Below, one piece after another: positions 1 to 11,097 of a stretch of 33,908 nucleotides of DNA. Every line of letters begins with the position of its first letter. Within the stretch, counting starts at the first letter, position 1. The notes beneath the pieces were generated by a model. The model did no database searches and was not told where the DNA came from. It was given only the letters and a program-made list of their open reading frames with translations. The stretch comes from Octopus bimaculoides (taxonomy: Eukaryota): positions 9,390,144 to 9,424,051 of the forward strand of contig NC_069002.1 in the NCBI RefSeq assembly GCF_001194135.2, read 5' to 3'. Both the position numbers and the translations under genes were made by a program.

Positions 1-37
<37 letters not shown>

Positions 38-430
38 TATATGTGTGTGTGTGTACATATATACGCATATATATGTATATACACATATATATATATATAT
101 ATATTATACACATACATATACATACACGCACAAACGTAATAATTTTAATTGCATTATGTAGAGTCATTAAAGAACAACCAAAGTAACTCCTCTTACTTCA
201 GTTTAATCGTCCTTATTGTTAATCATATTTAATTAGCGTACATACCCACGCACACCTGCGTACCCCAGCACACACACACACGTACACAAATTCACTCACA
301 AACATGCACACACACATAAACACACACAAACACACATACACATACACACATACACACACACATACCTGCCATATTGTTCTGATTATCAGTTTCATCATAA
401 CAAAATACCACCACCACCACCACCACCACC
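1..430. repeat. (TA)n/(TG)n/(CA)n/(CAC)n microsatellite cluster ending at an assembly gap
   Basis: Direct reading of the tandem units; N gap at 431-1060. Confidence 0.95.
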
Positions 431-1310
431 NNNNNNNNNNNNNNNNNNNNNNNNNNNNNNNNNNNNNNNNNNNNNNNNNNNNNNNNNNNNNNNNNNNNNN
501 NNNNNNNNNNNNNNNNNNNNNNNNNNNNNNNNNNNNNNNNNNNNNNNNNNNNNNNNNNNNNNNNNNNNNNNNNNNNNNNNNNNNNNNNNNNNNNNNNNNN
601 NNNNNNNNNNNNNNNNNNNNNNNNNNNNNNNNNNNNNNNNNNNNNNNNNNNNNNNNNNNNNNNNNNNNNNNNNNNNNNNNNNNNNNNNNNNNNNNNNNNN
701 NNNNNNNNNNNNNNNNNNNNNNNNNNNNNNNNNNNNNNNNNNNNNNNNNNNNNNNNNNNNNNNNNNNNNNNNNNNNNNNNNNNNNNNNNNNNNNNNNNNN
801 NNNNNNNNNNNNNNNNNNNNNNNNNNNNNNNNNNNNNNNNNNNNNNNNNNNNNNNNNNNNNNNNNNNNNNNNNNNNNNNNNNNNNNNNNNNNNNNNNNNN
901 NNNNNNNNNNNNNNNNNNNNNNNNNNNNNNNNNNNNNNNNNNNNNNNNNNNNNNNNNNNNNNNNNNNNNNNNNNNNNNNNNNNNNNNNNNNNNNNNNNNN
1001 NNNNNNNNNNNNNNNNNNNNNNNNNNNNNNNNNNNNNNNNNNNNNNNNNNNNNNNNNNNNNATATATATATATATATAAGGCGTATATATATAATCTGTA
1101 TATATACATATATGTACAGACATATATGTGTGCGTGTTTGTTAGACACACACACACCCAAATATACGCATATACACTCACTCATTCTACACAAGTGTGCA
1201 CAGAATAATAAGATTTTTTTAATATATAATGTGCGTATGTACCTTTGTATCTACACTCACGTGTATGCTGCTTTAGTTAAATCGCTAAGGAGAGCATTAT
1301 ATTAATGAAG

Positions 1311-1317
1311 AGACAGA

Positions 1318-1359
<42 letters not shown>

Positions 1360-1498
1360 CTAGAGAGAGAAAGAGAGAAAGAGAGGGAGAGAAAGAAGTG
1401 GTATTTGATTAAACCGATGAATAGAGATAGATATATAGACAGGCAAAAGAGAGGTGGAAAGATAAATAATCAGTGAAATAGTTCAAACTTGACCCTGA

Positions 1499-1533
<35 letters not shown>
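1311..1533. repeat. (GA)n and (TTG)n microsatellites
   Basis: Direct reading. Confidence 0.9.
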
Positions 1534-1535
<2 letters not shown>

Positions 1536-1689
1536 TAGTTTGATTTTGTTGCTGTGTTAGTTATTTTGTGGTTGTTACAGGGATTGCTGTGAAAGGGGGC
1601 CGAAGCAACACCTACAGGGTTGCTTCAACGCCACCATTCGTAAACGGAGTCCAAAAACACCCTAGTAGTACGCAAGTGTTTCACCTTGG

Positions 1690-2022
1690 CCACTGCGTGA
1701 CACCTTGGGCAAGTGTCTTCTTCTATAGCCTCGGGTCGACGAAAAGCCTTGTGAGTGGATATGGCAGGCAGAAACTGAAAGAAGCCCGTCGTGTATTTAT
1801 GTGTGTGTCTTTGTGTCTGTGTTTGTAGCCCCCATCATCGCTTGACATCCGATCTTGGTGTGCTTATGTTCTCGAAACATAGCGGTTCGGCAAAAGAGAA
1901 CGATAGAATAAGTACTAGGCTTACAAAGAATAGGTCCTGGCGTCGATTTGTTCGACTAAAGGTAGTGCTCCAGCATCGCCACAGTCAAGTAACTGAAACG
2001 TGTAAAAAAAAAGAATAAAAGA
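1690..2022 (+). mobile_element. SINE group A copy, tRNA-like head missing
   Basis: Aligns by eye with the full copies at 19255 and 29513: ccactgcgtgacaccttgggcaagtgtcttc...gaaagaagcccgtcgt...gatagaataagtactaggcttacaaagaa...gtgctccagcat. Confidence 0.9.
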
Positions 2023-2045
2023 AGAATATATATATAGAGAGAGAG

Positions 2046-2090
<45 letters not shown>

Positions 2091-2254
2091 GAGAGAGAAA
2101 TGCAGAGAAACAGGACCTGAAAACTTTGGTGCACCCACAGGAAATTCGGTGAAGAAAGAGACTGGTTCGACCAAAATAAACTCTATTACGGTATTGAATA
2201 CTCCTTTTTTCCGACAGTCAAAATTAAACGGAAATATATATATATATATAGAAA

Positions 2255-2340
2255 AGGTTGTTAATCCGCATGCGGGATTCGAACACCGCCCGCATTTACA
2301 GTGGGCTGAATAACTGTATTAAACACTACACCAGATCGAC
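2255..2340 (-). other. Pol III A-box/B-box tRNA-like sequence, probably a SINE head or decayed tRNA
   Basis: Minus strand reads tggtgtagtgttt (A-box-like), then gttcgaatcccg (B-box), then tttt. I could not build an acceptor stem or anticodon arm. Confidence 0.35.
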
Positions 2341-2778
2341 ATCAGAGGTTTTACATTACTAATGCGAAGACTTAACATAAGTAGCTAAAATTACACATGT
2401 ACAGACATTTCTACATACGCGCACGCACACAAACGCACACATATGTATCCATGTTTGTGCGCGCGCGAATATTATGATACAGAAATGATTAAGAACAGAA
2501 GACTGTGTAGTTGTACTTTGAACGACTCTGAACGAAGTGACTGGCTATTCTTTATTCGGACTTTTGGCACCATTTCTTCTTCTTTTATCATCGGCTTTTA
2601 ACACAAACAATACAAGATGGTAAGTACTTATCTCTTTAACTATTTATGTCTTTATTTTCGTGCCTTTTATCTCTATAACTTCAAGGGAACGGCGCTCTGG
2701 TGTTGTAGCGAGGTTCAACGAAGGGTGGCGAAAGTAATTTGATGATATTGTTCGGTTTGTTTTCAGTAGCGTAATCAT

Positions 2779-3118
2779 CTTTTATCTTTTAATTGTTTCA
2801 GTCATTGGACTGCGGCCATGCTTGGAGCGCCGCCTTGAAGGGTGTAGTCTGATACTTATTCTATCGGTTTATTTTTGCGAGCCGCTAAGTTACGAGGACA
2901 AAAACAAATTAAAGCCAGTTGTCAAACGGTGGATGCTGACAAACACAGACTCAAATATACACACATATAAAAAAAAGGTTTCCGCCTATCAAATTAACTC
3001 ACAAAGCATTGGTCGTCTCAGGGCTATAGTAGAATACACTTGTCCAAGGTACCATGCAATGGGACTGAACTCAAACCCACGTGGTTGCAAAGCGAGCTCC
3101 TTAACCATTCAGCCATAG
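2779..3118 (-). mobile_element. SINE group A, near full length and diverged
   Basis: Reverse complement matches group A from the head (tggctgaatggttaagg) to the tail (ggccgcagtccaatgactgaaac). Confidence 0.9.
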
Positions 3119-3120
3119 GA

Positions 3121-3223
3121 TCTTTTCTGTTTGGCTGTTATTTTCCAATTTATATCAATACATCAAATTTGAAAATTTTAACTTAATTTTAAAATTTCGA
3201 AAAATGCAGCCAAACAAGAAAGA
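3121..3223. repeat. Imperfect palindrome of about 100 bp (MITE-like hairpin)
   Basis: tcttttctgtttggctg (3121-3137) is nearly the reverse complement of cagccaaacaagaaaga (3207-3223); the interior is AT-rich. Confidence 0.7.
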
Positions 3224-3427
3224 TTCCAACCATGCTTTCCTAATTAGATTTTCAATGTTAATTAAATTAAACTTATTGATACTAACCTAACTGTGGCTTC
3301 TTAAACGACCAGATTGTCTTAAACTGCGCTGAATATCTTCAAATAGTCTCAGGTAATGACTAACGGAGTAAAATTTATTTTGTCAAATGTGGTGAACCAT
3401 TGCATCAAAAAAGAAAAGCTGGTTTCT

Positions 3428-3530
3428 CCAGACCGATAGTTCTCATCCGCGGTCTATATGGCCCCTCAGGATCCATATAAGACTTTTGGGGGTTCACAGT
3501 AGTATTTTTAGGGCCTCTGAGAAAAATTTT
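3428..3530 (+). mobile_element. hAT (Charlie-like) MITE end fragment
   Basis: Resembles the cagtggttctcaac...ggtcc...gacccc...gggggtccac end motif I recall from hAT MITEs. Only one end is present. Confidence 0.4.
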
Positions 3531-3580
3531 GCTTTCGTTGTATGTATTGGTGTGTAACATTTTACGTAGCTCAGCCTATA

Positions 3581-3743
3581 TTCTTTTACTCTTTTACTTG
3601 TTTCAGTCATTTGACTGCGGCCATGCTGGAGCACCGCCTTTAGTCGAGCAAATCGACCCCCAGGACTTATTCATTGTAAGCCTAGTACTTATTCTATCGG
3701 TGACTTTTGCCGAACCGCTAAGTTACGGGAACGTAAACACACC
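3581..3743 (-). mobile_element. SINE group A 3' half, close to consensus
   Basis: Matches the 3' half of the 29513-29900 copy in reverse. Confidence 0.9.
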
Positions 3744-3764
3744 CTCCTGGACACACCCTCCTAG

Positions 3765-3892
3765 ACGGATGAACTGGAGTGACTTGAAATGAAGTGCTTT
3801 ATTGAAGAACGCAACGCACAGCCCGGTCCAGGAATCTAAACTAAGGCTTTATGATCGTGAATGCAATACGCTAAGCAGTAGACCACGCACCA
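3765..3892 (-). mobile_element. SINE group C head and core fragment, diverged
   Basis: Reverse complement resembles the 5' part of the copies at 21575-21902 and 30466-30792. Confidence 0.6.
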
Positions 3893-3940
3893 TGACATAG
3901 CAAATCAACCCAGTATTTATTTTCATGTTAAATATTTGGT

Positions 3941-4148
3941 AAAGGCGACGTGCTGGCACAATCGTTAGCATGCCGCCCGAAAAGCTAAGCAGCATTTCGC
4001 AAGTTCTGAGTTCAAATTCCGTCGAGGTCGACTTTGCATTTCATCCTTTCGCGGGGTCAATGAAATAAGTACCAACTGAGCACTGGAGTCGATGCAATAG
4101 ACTTCTCTCCCCCTCAAAATTTCTGGCCTTGTACCAAAATAAGAAAGG
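3941..4148 (+). mobile_element. SINE group B with B2-type tail
   Basis: aaggcgacgtgctggcac head, B-box gagttcaaattcc, central gtcgactttgcatttcatcctttc, tail aaatttctggccttgtacc. Confidence 0.9.
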
Positions 4149-4196
4149 ATTTTAAACATCTGGTACATGTACGCATGCATGCATGTATGTAACATT

Positions 4197-4342
4197 TGGG
4201 CTTCTACAAGGTTTCTGTCAATCAAATTCACTCAACAAGATATGGGTCGGCCCGGAATTATACATACCAGAAGACATTTGACCAATATGCTGCCTAGTGG
4301 GACTGAACCCGAAACCACGTGGCTTCGAAGCTGGTATCTTAA
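4197..4342 (-). mobile_element. SINE group A 5' half, diverged
   Basis: Reverse complement has the gcgtggctgcatgattaag head and the ggttcagtcccact B-box. Confidence 0.75.
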
Positions 4343-4768
4343 TCATGCAGCCACGCTTGCGTCTGTTGTAAATAAATAAACAAACAGATACAATAAAATG
4401 GCTTATTCAGGTTTAACATTGAAAATCCGCAACATTATCAGCTTAACCAACTACTGAAAGCGAGCTTTTATTTTGTAGCAAACAACTAATTAATTTTTCT
4501 CTCACTCAACAACATTCCGTTCCTAATATTCTACTATACATTAGTTATGGCTTTTGATTTTTAGGGGGATTGAAATCGGATTACAACGAAGCATTAATCT
4601 CGGATTATGTCGCTAGTTTTGAAAGAGTAAAAAAGAAATTTCTAACGAGCTGAGTTGAAGCAATCTAGTTTCGAGTCTCAGTTGAAGAAGTAATTTATTT
4701 TATCTCACGCCGCTAATTTTTTTGGAATAGGTATAAACATCACAGCATTCAATTCGTCCCCGCTCTAA

Positions 4769-4984
4769 AATGGTTCTAAATTTTGGCACACGACCATCAC
4801 TTTTTGAGAAGGAGAAGTCGATTACATCGACCCCAGTATTTCATTGGTACTAATTTTATTGACCCCGAAAGGATAAAAAGTGAGGTCGATCTCGGTGGAA
4901 CTTGAACCATAAAGACTAAAGACGGACGAAATGCTGTCGAGCATTTTGTGCGACGTGCTGACGCTTCTGCCAGCTCGCTGCCTT
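4769..4984 (-). mobile_element. SINE group B with B2-type tail
   Basis: Reverse complement matches group B (aaggcagcgagctggcagaagcg...). Confidence 0.9.
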
Positions 4985-5055
4985 CTCACCACCACTCTAA
5001 AATAAAATAAATTTTGTGTCAAATTAAAAGAAGGTCACTAATCTATTATTGGATT

Positions 5056-5582
5056 AAGGCGGCAAGCTAGCAGAAACATTAGCAAGCCGACTTAATCCCT
5101 TTATCTGTCCTTGTTTGTCCCCTCTATGTTTAGCCCCTTGTGGGCAGTAAAGAATTAAGAATTAAGAAACGNNNNNNNNNNNNNNNNNNNNNNNNNNNNN
5201 NNNNNNNNNNNNNNNNNNNNNNNNNNNNNNNNNNNNNNNNNNNNNNNNNNNNNNNNNNNNNNNNNNNNNNNNNNNNNNNNNNNNCCGACTTAATCCCTTT
5301 ATCTGTCCTTGTTTGTCCCCTCTATGTTTAGCCCCTTGTGGGCAGTAAAGAATTAAGAATTAAGAAACGTTAGCACACCGGGCGAAATGCTAAGGGGTAT
5401 TTTCTCTGCCGCTACGTTCTGAGTTCAAATTCCACCGAGGTCGACCTTACCTTTCATCCTATCGGGGTCGATAAATAAAATACCAGTTACACACTGGGGT
5501 CGATGTAATCGACTTAATCCCTTTGTCTGTCCTTGTTTGTCCCCTCTATGTTTAGCTCCTTGTGGGCAATATAAAATTAAGA
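5056..5582 (+). mobile_element. Compound SINE group B: full B1 copy with a 5'-truncated B1 tail inserted in its head
   Basis: Head 5056-5089, then tail-only insert (duplicated across the gap), then the head resumes at 5364. Near-duplicated 17-mers at 5073-5089 and 5364-5380. Confidence 0.85.
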
Positions 5583-6224
5583 AGAGCATATCTCTGGTGA
5601 CAGCAATACGATGAAGTACCAGTGAAATTCTGTATATACAAAAGCATGTATGTATGTATACATATGCATGTGTATTTATGTGTGTATGCATATGTGTGTA
5701 TGTATGCATATATATATATGTATGCACCCACATTCGGAAATGAAATACTTCATCAGCGATGGCCATACTCGCCTAACGGCCCAACAGCCATCTCATGTAC
5801 GCGTGTATGTACATGTGTGTTTGTGTTAATGCATATATGTCTGTGAATGGTATGTATGTATGTATGTGTGAATGTGTATGTGTGTATTTGTATATGTGTG
5901 TGTATGTATATTTGTATACGTACTGGATGTCTCCGACTGCTACTGATACTACATGATACAACATCTGAAGAACGTGAATGCAGAAATCAACGAATGGCAG
6001 ACGATAAGCCTCCGTCCGATACGGTAGCTTGTTTTGCTGTCCGAAATGAAAAAAAAAAATCTATAGAATTGATCACCAATAACTAATATTAAATATATTT
6101 ATAGAAAAGTCCTCGTTGAGCAATCTAATCACATATTTACATACACAAACATACGCACACGCACACACATATGCAAACACACACACACATACGGACATTG
6201 CGCGCGCGAGTGTGTCTGCACCTA

Positions 6225-6264
6225 AGCGTGTGTATATGTGCTCATACACAGACAAAACACAGAC

Positions 6265-6318
<54 letters not shown>

Positions 6319-6755
6319 NNNNNNNNNNNNNNNNNNNNNNNNNNNNNNNNNNNNNNNNNNNNNNNNNNNNNNNNNNNNNNNNNNNNNNNNNNNNNNNNNN
6401 NNNNNNNNNNNNNNNNNNNNNNNNNNNNNNNNNNNNNNNNNNNNNNNNNNNNNNNNNNNNNNNNNNNNNNNNNNNNNNNNNNNNNNNNNNNNNNNNNNNN
6501 NNNNNNNNNNNNNNNNNNNNNNNNNNNNNNNNNNNNNNNNNNNNNNNNNNNNNNNNNNNNNNNNNNNNNNNNNNNNNNNNNNNNNNNNNNNNNNNNNNNN
6601 NNNNNNNNNNNNNNNNNNNNNNNNNNNNNNNNNNNNNNNNNNNNNNNNNNNNNNNNNNNNNNNNNNNNNNNNNNNNNNNNNNNNNNNNNNNNNNNNNNNN
6701 NNNNNNNNNNNNNNNNNNNNNNNNNNNNNNNNNATATATATATATATATATATAA
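6225..6755. repeat. (CA)n and (TA)n microsatellites flanking an assembly gap
   Basis: Direct reading. Confidence 0.9.
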
Positions 6756-7240
6756 TACAAAATGGGACAAGAGCGCAAAACATCCAGACTGTTAAGTGAT
6801 ACGAAAAAAGGGACAACATAACATCCAGATAGATGATACAAAGAAAACAAGGACGGGTCATTCGGAGTTTTCTTTCCTCGGTCGAGTTCCAGATTATCTT
6901 TGCAATTTCGGTTGGTTATACTCGAGATTGCTCCAATCTGGCCAGCCCCAAGGAAAAACTAAGCTAAGAGCATTAGATTCCTTGGAAGAAAGCAGAAAAT
7001 GTATACGAAAACAAGGACTGAAAAAAAGGGAGAATGTTACACAAATACAAATAACAGGAGATAACAACAGGTGTCTTTCGACTAAGGACTAATTAAATCA
7101 AGCTGACGTGTGTGGAAGTAAAGCCTTACGGCAGGGAAGGAATATAGATGTTGCACGTGTTCCTTGTTACGACCGTAATTTCTCTTCTGTGCATCTGTTC
7201 AATGTCATGGACGTGTTTAGGAGACGTCACACCGTATTTT
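6756..7240 (-). mobile_element. Unclassified interspersed repeat, possibly a non-LTR retroelement 3' end running into (TA)n
   Basis: Complex sequence that I recall as octopus-repetitive. A short minus-strand frame reads KYGVTSPKHVHDIEQMHRRE, only weakly like RT C-termini. Single copy in this window. Confidence 0.3.
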
Positions 7241-7575
7241 ATCGCATCTGTTTTATACTTTTTATAATTGTATTTTTCATATAAATAAAATCAATAAACC
7301 TTTTGAATCTATGATTTTCTTCCCTTTTAAATGAAGGGGGTAACATCGGTGCAAATAAATATATTTTGGAGTATTTGGTTAAAAAATTTCCCTGACTCCT
7401 GATATAAACTGAAAGACTCGAAAATCGATTGAGGTTGCTCATTATTTTTTTTAATCTATGGAGGAACTGCTAAATTAGCCTTGTTTATATAGGGCTAATA
7501 TACAATATAGGTTACACATACACACACAAATTAGCCCTGTTTATGTAGGGTTACACACACACACACACACACATA

Positions 7576-7735
7576 ACGGGCTTCCACACATTTTCTGTCA
7601 ACCAAATTGACTCACAAGTCATTGGCGGGTCCGGCCGGGACAATTGTAGAAGACACTGCCGTGCAGTGGGATTGAACCCGATACAACGTGATTATAAAGC
7701 CAGCTTCTTAACAACGCAGTCATGCTTGCACCTAT
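7576..7735 (-). mobile_element. SINE group A 5' half
   Basis: Reverse complement matches the group A head through gaagcccgt. Confidence 0.8.
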
Positions 7736-7764
7736 CATACGAACATGGCTGTGTGGTTAAGACT

Positions 7765-7998
7765 TAAACAAACCAACACCAGTTGTCAAGCGGCGGTGGG
7801 GTACAAACACACATATGTATACACGACCGGATTCCATACAGTTTCCGTCTACCAAAATCACTCACAAGGCATTGCTCTAGCCCGGGGCTATAAAGCAGAA
7901 GACTCTTGCCCAAGGTGTCACGGAGCAGTGGGATCGAAACTTAAACCATGTAGATACAAAGCGAGCTGCTTTTTTTAATCCCAACAACCATGCCTACC
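7765..7998 (-). mobile_element. SINE group A, 3'-truncated
   Basis: Contains the reverse of gtagacggaaactg and cttgacaactggtgttgg. Confidence 0.85.
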
Positions 7999-8384
7999 TC
8001 TAAGAATGGTAAATTTCTCTTGTACATTCGTTAATTGGCTCAACGATACAAAACGTCCTCCACCTCTCCACGTCCTCCACCTCTACACGTCTACACGTCT
8101 TTATGGCCTTTTGCCAACGCAAGCAATCGTACATTAACAGGAGGAGGAAGAGGAGGAGTAAGAAAAGAATCGCTGTGGGATATTTAGAAAGTACTTTGAA
8201 ATGTAAGTAGACTTAGATGAGGTCAAAGAACTAGCAGACGACTTGCCTAGTTGAGAAGATAACCGATTAATCCATTAGAGTTATTCTCGTCTCAGTTCCG
8301 GGTGATATAGAGGAAACAGTAAACTAAGCTGTTCGTAGTTGGCGATGCGGTTTCGATTCTCATTTTTAGCTTCTGTTTTTTTTA

Positions 8385-8480
8385 AATCTTGTTTCATTTC
8401 GTTTCAGCCATCGGATTGCAGCCATGCAGGGGTATTACCTTGAAGGGTATTATTCCAAAAAATCGACACTCCAGTACTTT
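8385..8480 (-). mobile_element. SINE group A 3' end fragment
   Basis: gtttcagccatcggattgcagccatgcaggggtattaccttgaaggg matches the group A tail in reverse. Confidence 0.7.
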
Positions 8481-8555
8481 TTTTAAAAAGGCAATCTTTG
8501 TATCCAACTTAACATTTATTCATGCATAAATCACACGCCTAATTTAGTGTTAAAT

Positions 8556-8980
8556 CTTGGTACAAAATTTGTTTCCCTTCATATTCCAACTTGATATCAG
8601 CCTTGCTTCATATATAAGCTGCACCTTAGATTTTTCAGTTAAAAACAAAAAGAAATCAGAGTGGTTTATGCATGGGTACCTCGGAATAGATTTCATGATA
8701 CATAAATGTAATTCTAAGAAGGTGTATTAGCTGCAATATCCATAATGTACACACATAGATTATGGAAGAAGAGAAAGCTACATTTATTCAAAATTTCTTG
8801 TCTGTACAATTGACTTTGCAGCAATGAATACCAATCCGTGTGGTGAATAAAAATTCAAAAATAACTACCATATTTACTCACGTAAAAATTACACATTTTA
8901 TTCAATACTAAGCCTTGGTACAAAATATTCCAAACTTGATATCAGCTTTGATCCTTATATAAGCTGCATTCCAGCTTTTC
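8556..8980. repeat. Two diverged direct repeats (8556-8636 and 8914-8980)
   Basis: Both contain cttggtacaaaat...atattcc(a)aacttgatatcagc...tatataagctgca; the second copy has a short deletion. Confidence 0.8.
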
Positions 8981-9212
8981 TATAAAATAGGGATCTTTCT
9001 GAGTTCCAATAGGGATCTTTCTGAATTGACGGACACCACTTTTCATTTATGTTTTATGTAGTGTTTTTGGTACCGAAACACTTTCAAACTTCGTATACTT
9101 GTATATTTTGTGTTATAGAACAGATAATAGTGCAACTTATATAGGAGTAAATATGGTACTTGATCACACGCCCACGCCTGTGCCCACATGCTATGTCTGA
9201 TAAAAAAAAAAG

Positions 9213-9270
<58 letters not shown>

Positions 9271-9271
<1 letters not shown>

Positions 9272-9330
9272 AGGATGGTCCCGACTGGAATCCGCTTGTA
9301 TCATAGGTCTGTTTGATCACAGCCAGAGCA
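9271..9330 (+). repeat. Short interspersed repeat, second copy at 28335-28400
   Basis: ggatggt...ctgga...cg c...ttgatca/tcataggt motif shared with 28335-28400. Confidence 0.5.
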
Positions 9331-9821
9331 GCTGCGCATAATTTTTTCGAAGCAGAACAAGAGTGCCTTCTGGTTTTGGTGATTGAAATCTTCACAAAAC
9401 TCAAAGGGAGCAGTAAAGTTTTATTTTTGAGGGGAGGGGTGCGTCAGACACTCACGGACACCTGCCCTTCTTTAGCTTTTGTCGTCCTGGGTCGACGTAC
9501 CAGCTGAACAACTACATCGATTCTATAACAGAACGACGCTCAGCTTTGTAGTAGAAGTATTTTCGGACTCCCAGAGAGAACATACATTCCATGCCATATG
9601 TTTGACACTTTCTGACGCAATATTCCTCGAATACTGTTGCCAAAATCTATCCCAGACTTATTCTTGGCTTCGTATATCGTTTCCTCCACTATTCTTCTTC
9701 TTCACTAGATACACCTTAAGATCTGATTACAGGTTCTAGAAATCTAGAAATGTACACGCTGTAGCTGTCTATCAATGTGCGTGTGTGTGTGTGTGTGTGT
9801 GTGCACAAACATTTTTGTGTG

Positions 9822-9865
<44 letters not shown>

Positions 9866-10437
9866 NNNNNNNNNNNNNNNNNNNGGGGGGGGGGGTTGGA
9901 ACTTACTCTCGCGACAGTCGCCGGATTAGTGTGCATGTATATATATATATATATAATACATTTATAATATATGTATGTATATCCATATATGCATATGTGT
10001 GTGTATATATATACATATACATTGTATATATAAATGTAGATACATACATGTTATGTGTGTGTTGCATGTCTGTAAATATATACACTCACAAAACTTTAAG
10101 TCACATGGAGCTGAGTAAGACTGAGTAAAAAATATCTGTAGCTCCTACCAAAATGTGTTGACTGCTATTTGGTTTCGTTTGTCCATCACTCGTATACTCC
10201 CCCNNNNNNNNNNNNNNNNNNNNNNNNNNNNNNNNNNNNNNNNNNNNAGATATATGTACGGAGAGAGTTAAACTGAAACCAATGCCAAAATGAATATTTG
10301 CCAACAGATTTCGCTGCGTCATTTTAAAAACATTAAAACATTAACAATGCTTGGAAGTTCATTTCTGTCAGACGATCGGTTTCGTGAAACACGGAATAAG
10401 AGTTTGTGTGTGTGTGCGTGTATGTCTCTGTGTGTGT

Positions 10438-10662
10438 CTGTGTGGTAAGAAGCTTGCTTCCCAACCACATGGTTCTAAGTTCAGTCCTACTGCGTGGTAC
10501 CTTGCGCAAGTGTCTTCTACTATAGCGTCGAGCCGACCAAAGCGCCAAAGCGTTGTGAGTGGATTTGGTAGACGGAAACTGAAAGAAGCCCGTCGTTATT
10601 TATTACTTGTGTCTGTGTTTGTCCCTCCACCATCGATTGACAACCGATGTTGGTATGTAACC
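10438..10662 (+). mobile_element. SINE group A, 3'-truncated
   Basis: ctgtgtggtaagaagcttgcttcccaaccacatgg head through gacaaccgatgttgg. Confidence 0.9.
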
Positions 10663-11097
10663 GGCCCTATAAGTCTCAGGGCTTCAGGGCTCGAGACAAT
10701 ACTTATTGATCCAAGCTAATCCGGATTCTTCCCGCAACTTACCCAGGCTCTGTCACAAATGTTATTCTAAAATTCCAGGCTAGGATATCGAATGAATTAA
10801 GATATTGACACAGACTAATCCGATTAACTTCATTGTTGATAATCCGTTTTTGACCTATCTCTGACACGTTTCTCCTAATCTTTTTGACTTAATTGACATT
10901 TTCTATATCTACCCTTATTTACACAAATCTATGTACCTATCTAGCAATGAAGCTAGTTACCTACCTACTTACCTACCTACCTACCTACCTATTCATTTAT
11001 CTACTCTCTCCCTCTCCTTCTCTTTCATTATCAATCTATTTACCCTTGCTACAAATTAACCTATCGGTCCACTCATATAGACTAATTTCTTCATGTT

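Noticed and set aside
219-1305. Long ORFs (324, 333 and 261 aa) and similar ones at 6073-6861, 15249-16062, 17194-17760, 20532-21555, 23424-25055, 27366-29216 and 30723-31399
   Set aside because: They stay open only because N runs and di- or trinucleotide repeats lack stop codons; the translations are poly-X, CVCV, HTHT or YIYI.
1581-1670. Good-looking acceptor (gttgttacag) followed by DCCERGPKQHLQGCFNATIRKRSPKTP*
   Set aside because: No recognisable homology and no convincing donor or partner exon.
4564-4650. Acceptor-like tttttag followed by GLKSDYNEALISDYVASFERVKKKFLTS*
   Set aside because: Short, unrecognised, and expected by chance.
5735-6010. CTGATGA (minus strand, about 5752) and CTGAAGA (plus strand, about 5965) as further hammerhead cores
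   Set aside because: No correctly placed GAAA with pairing stems I and II.
8103-8208. ATG-initiated basic peptide MAFCQRKQSYINRRRKRRSKKRIAVGYLESTLK ending at a GTAAGT donor
   Set aside because: The basic run comes from a GAG/AAG low-complexity tract, the upstream sequence has tandem slippage duplications, and I recognise no homologue.
9313-9739. Complex sequence with 64- and 86-aa ORFs
   Set aside because: All frames on both strands are interrupted or unrecognisable; it may be a decayed element but cannot be classified by eye.
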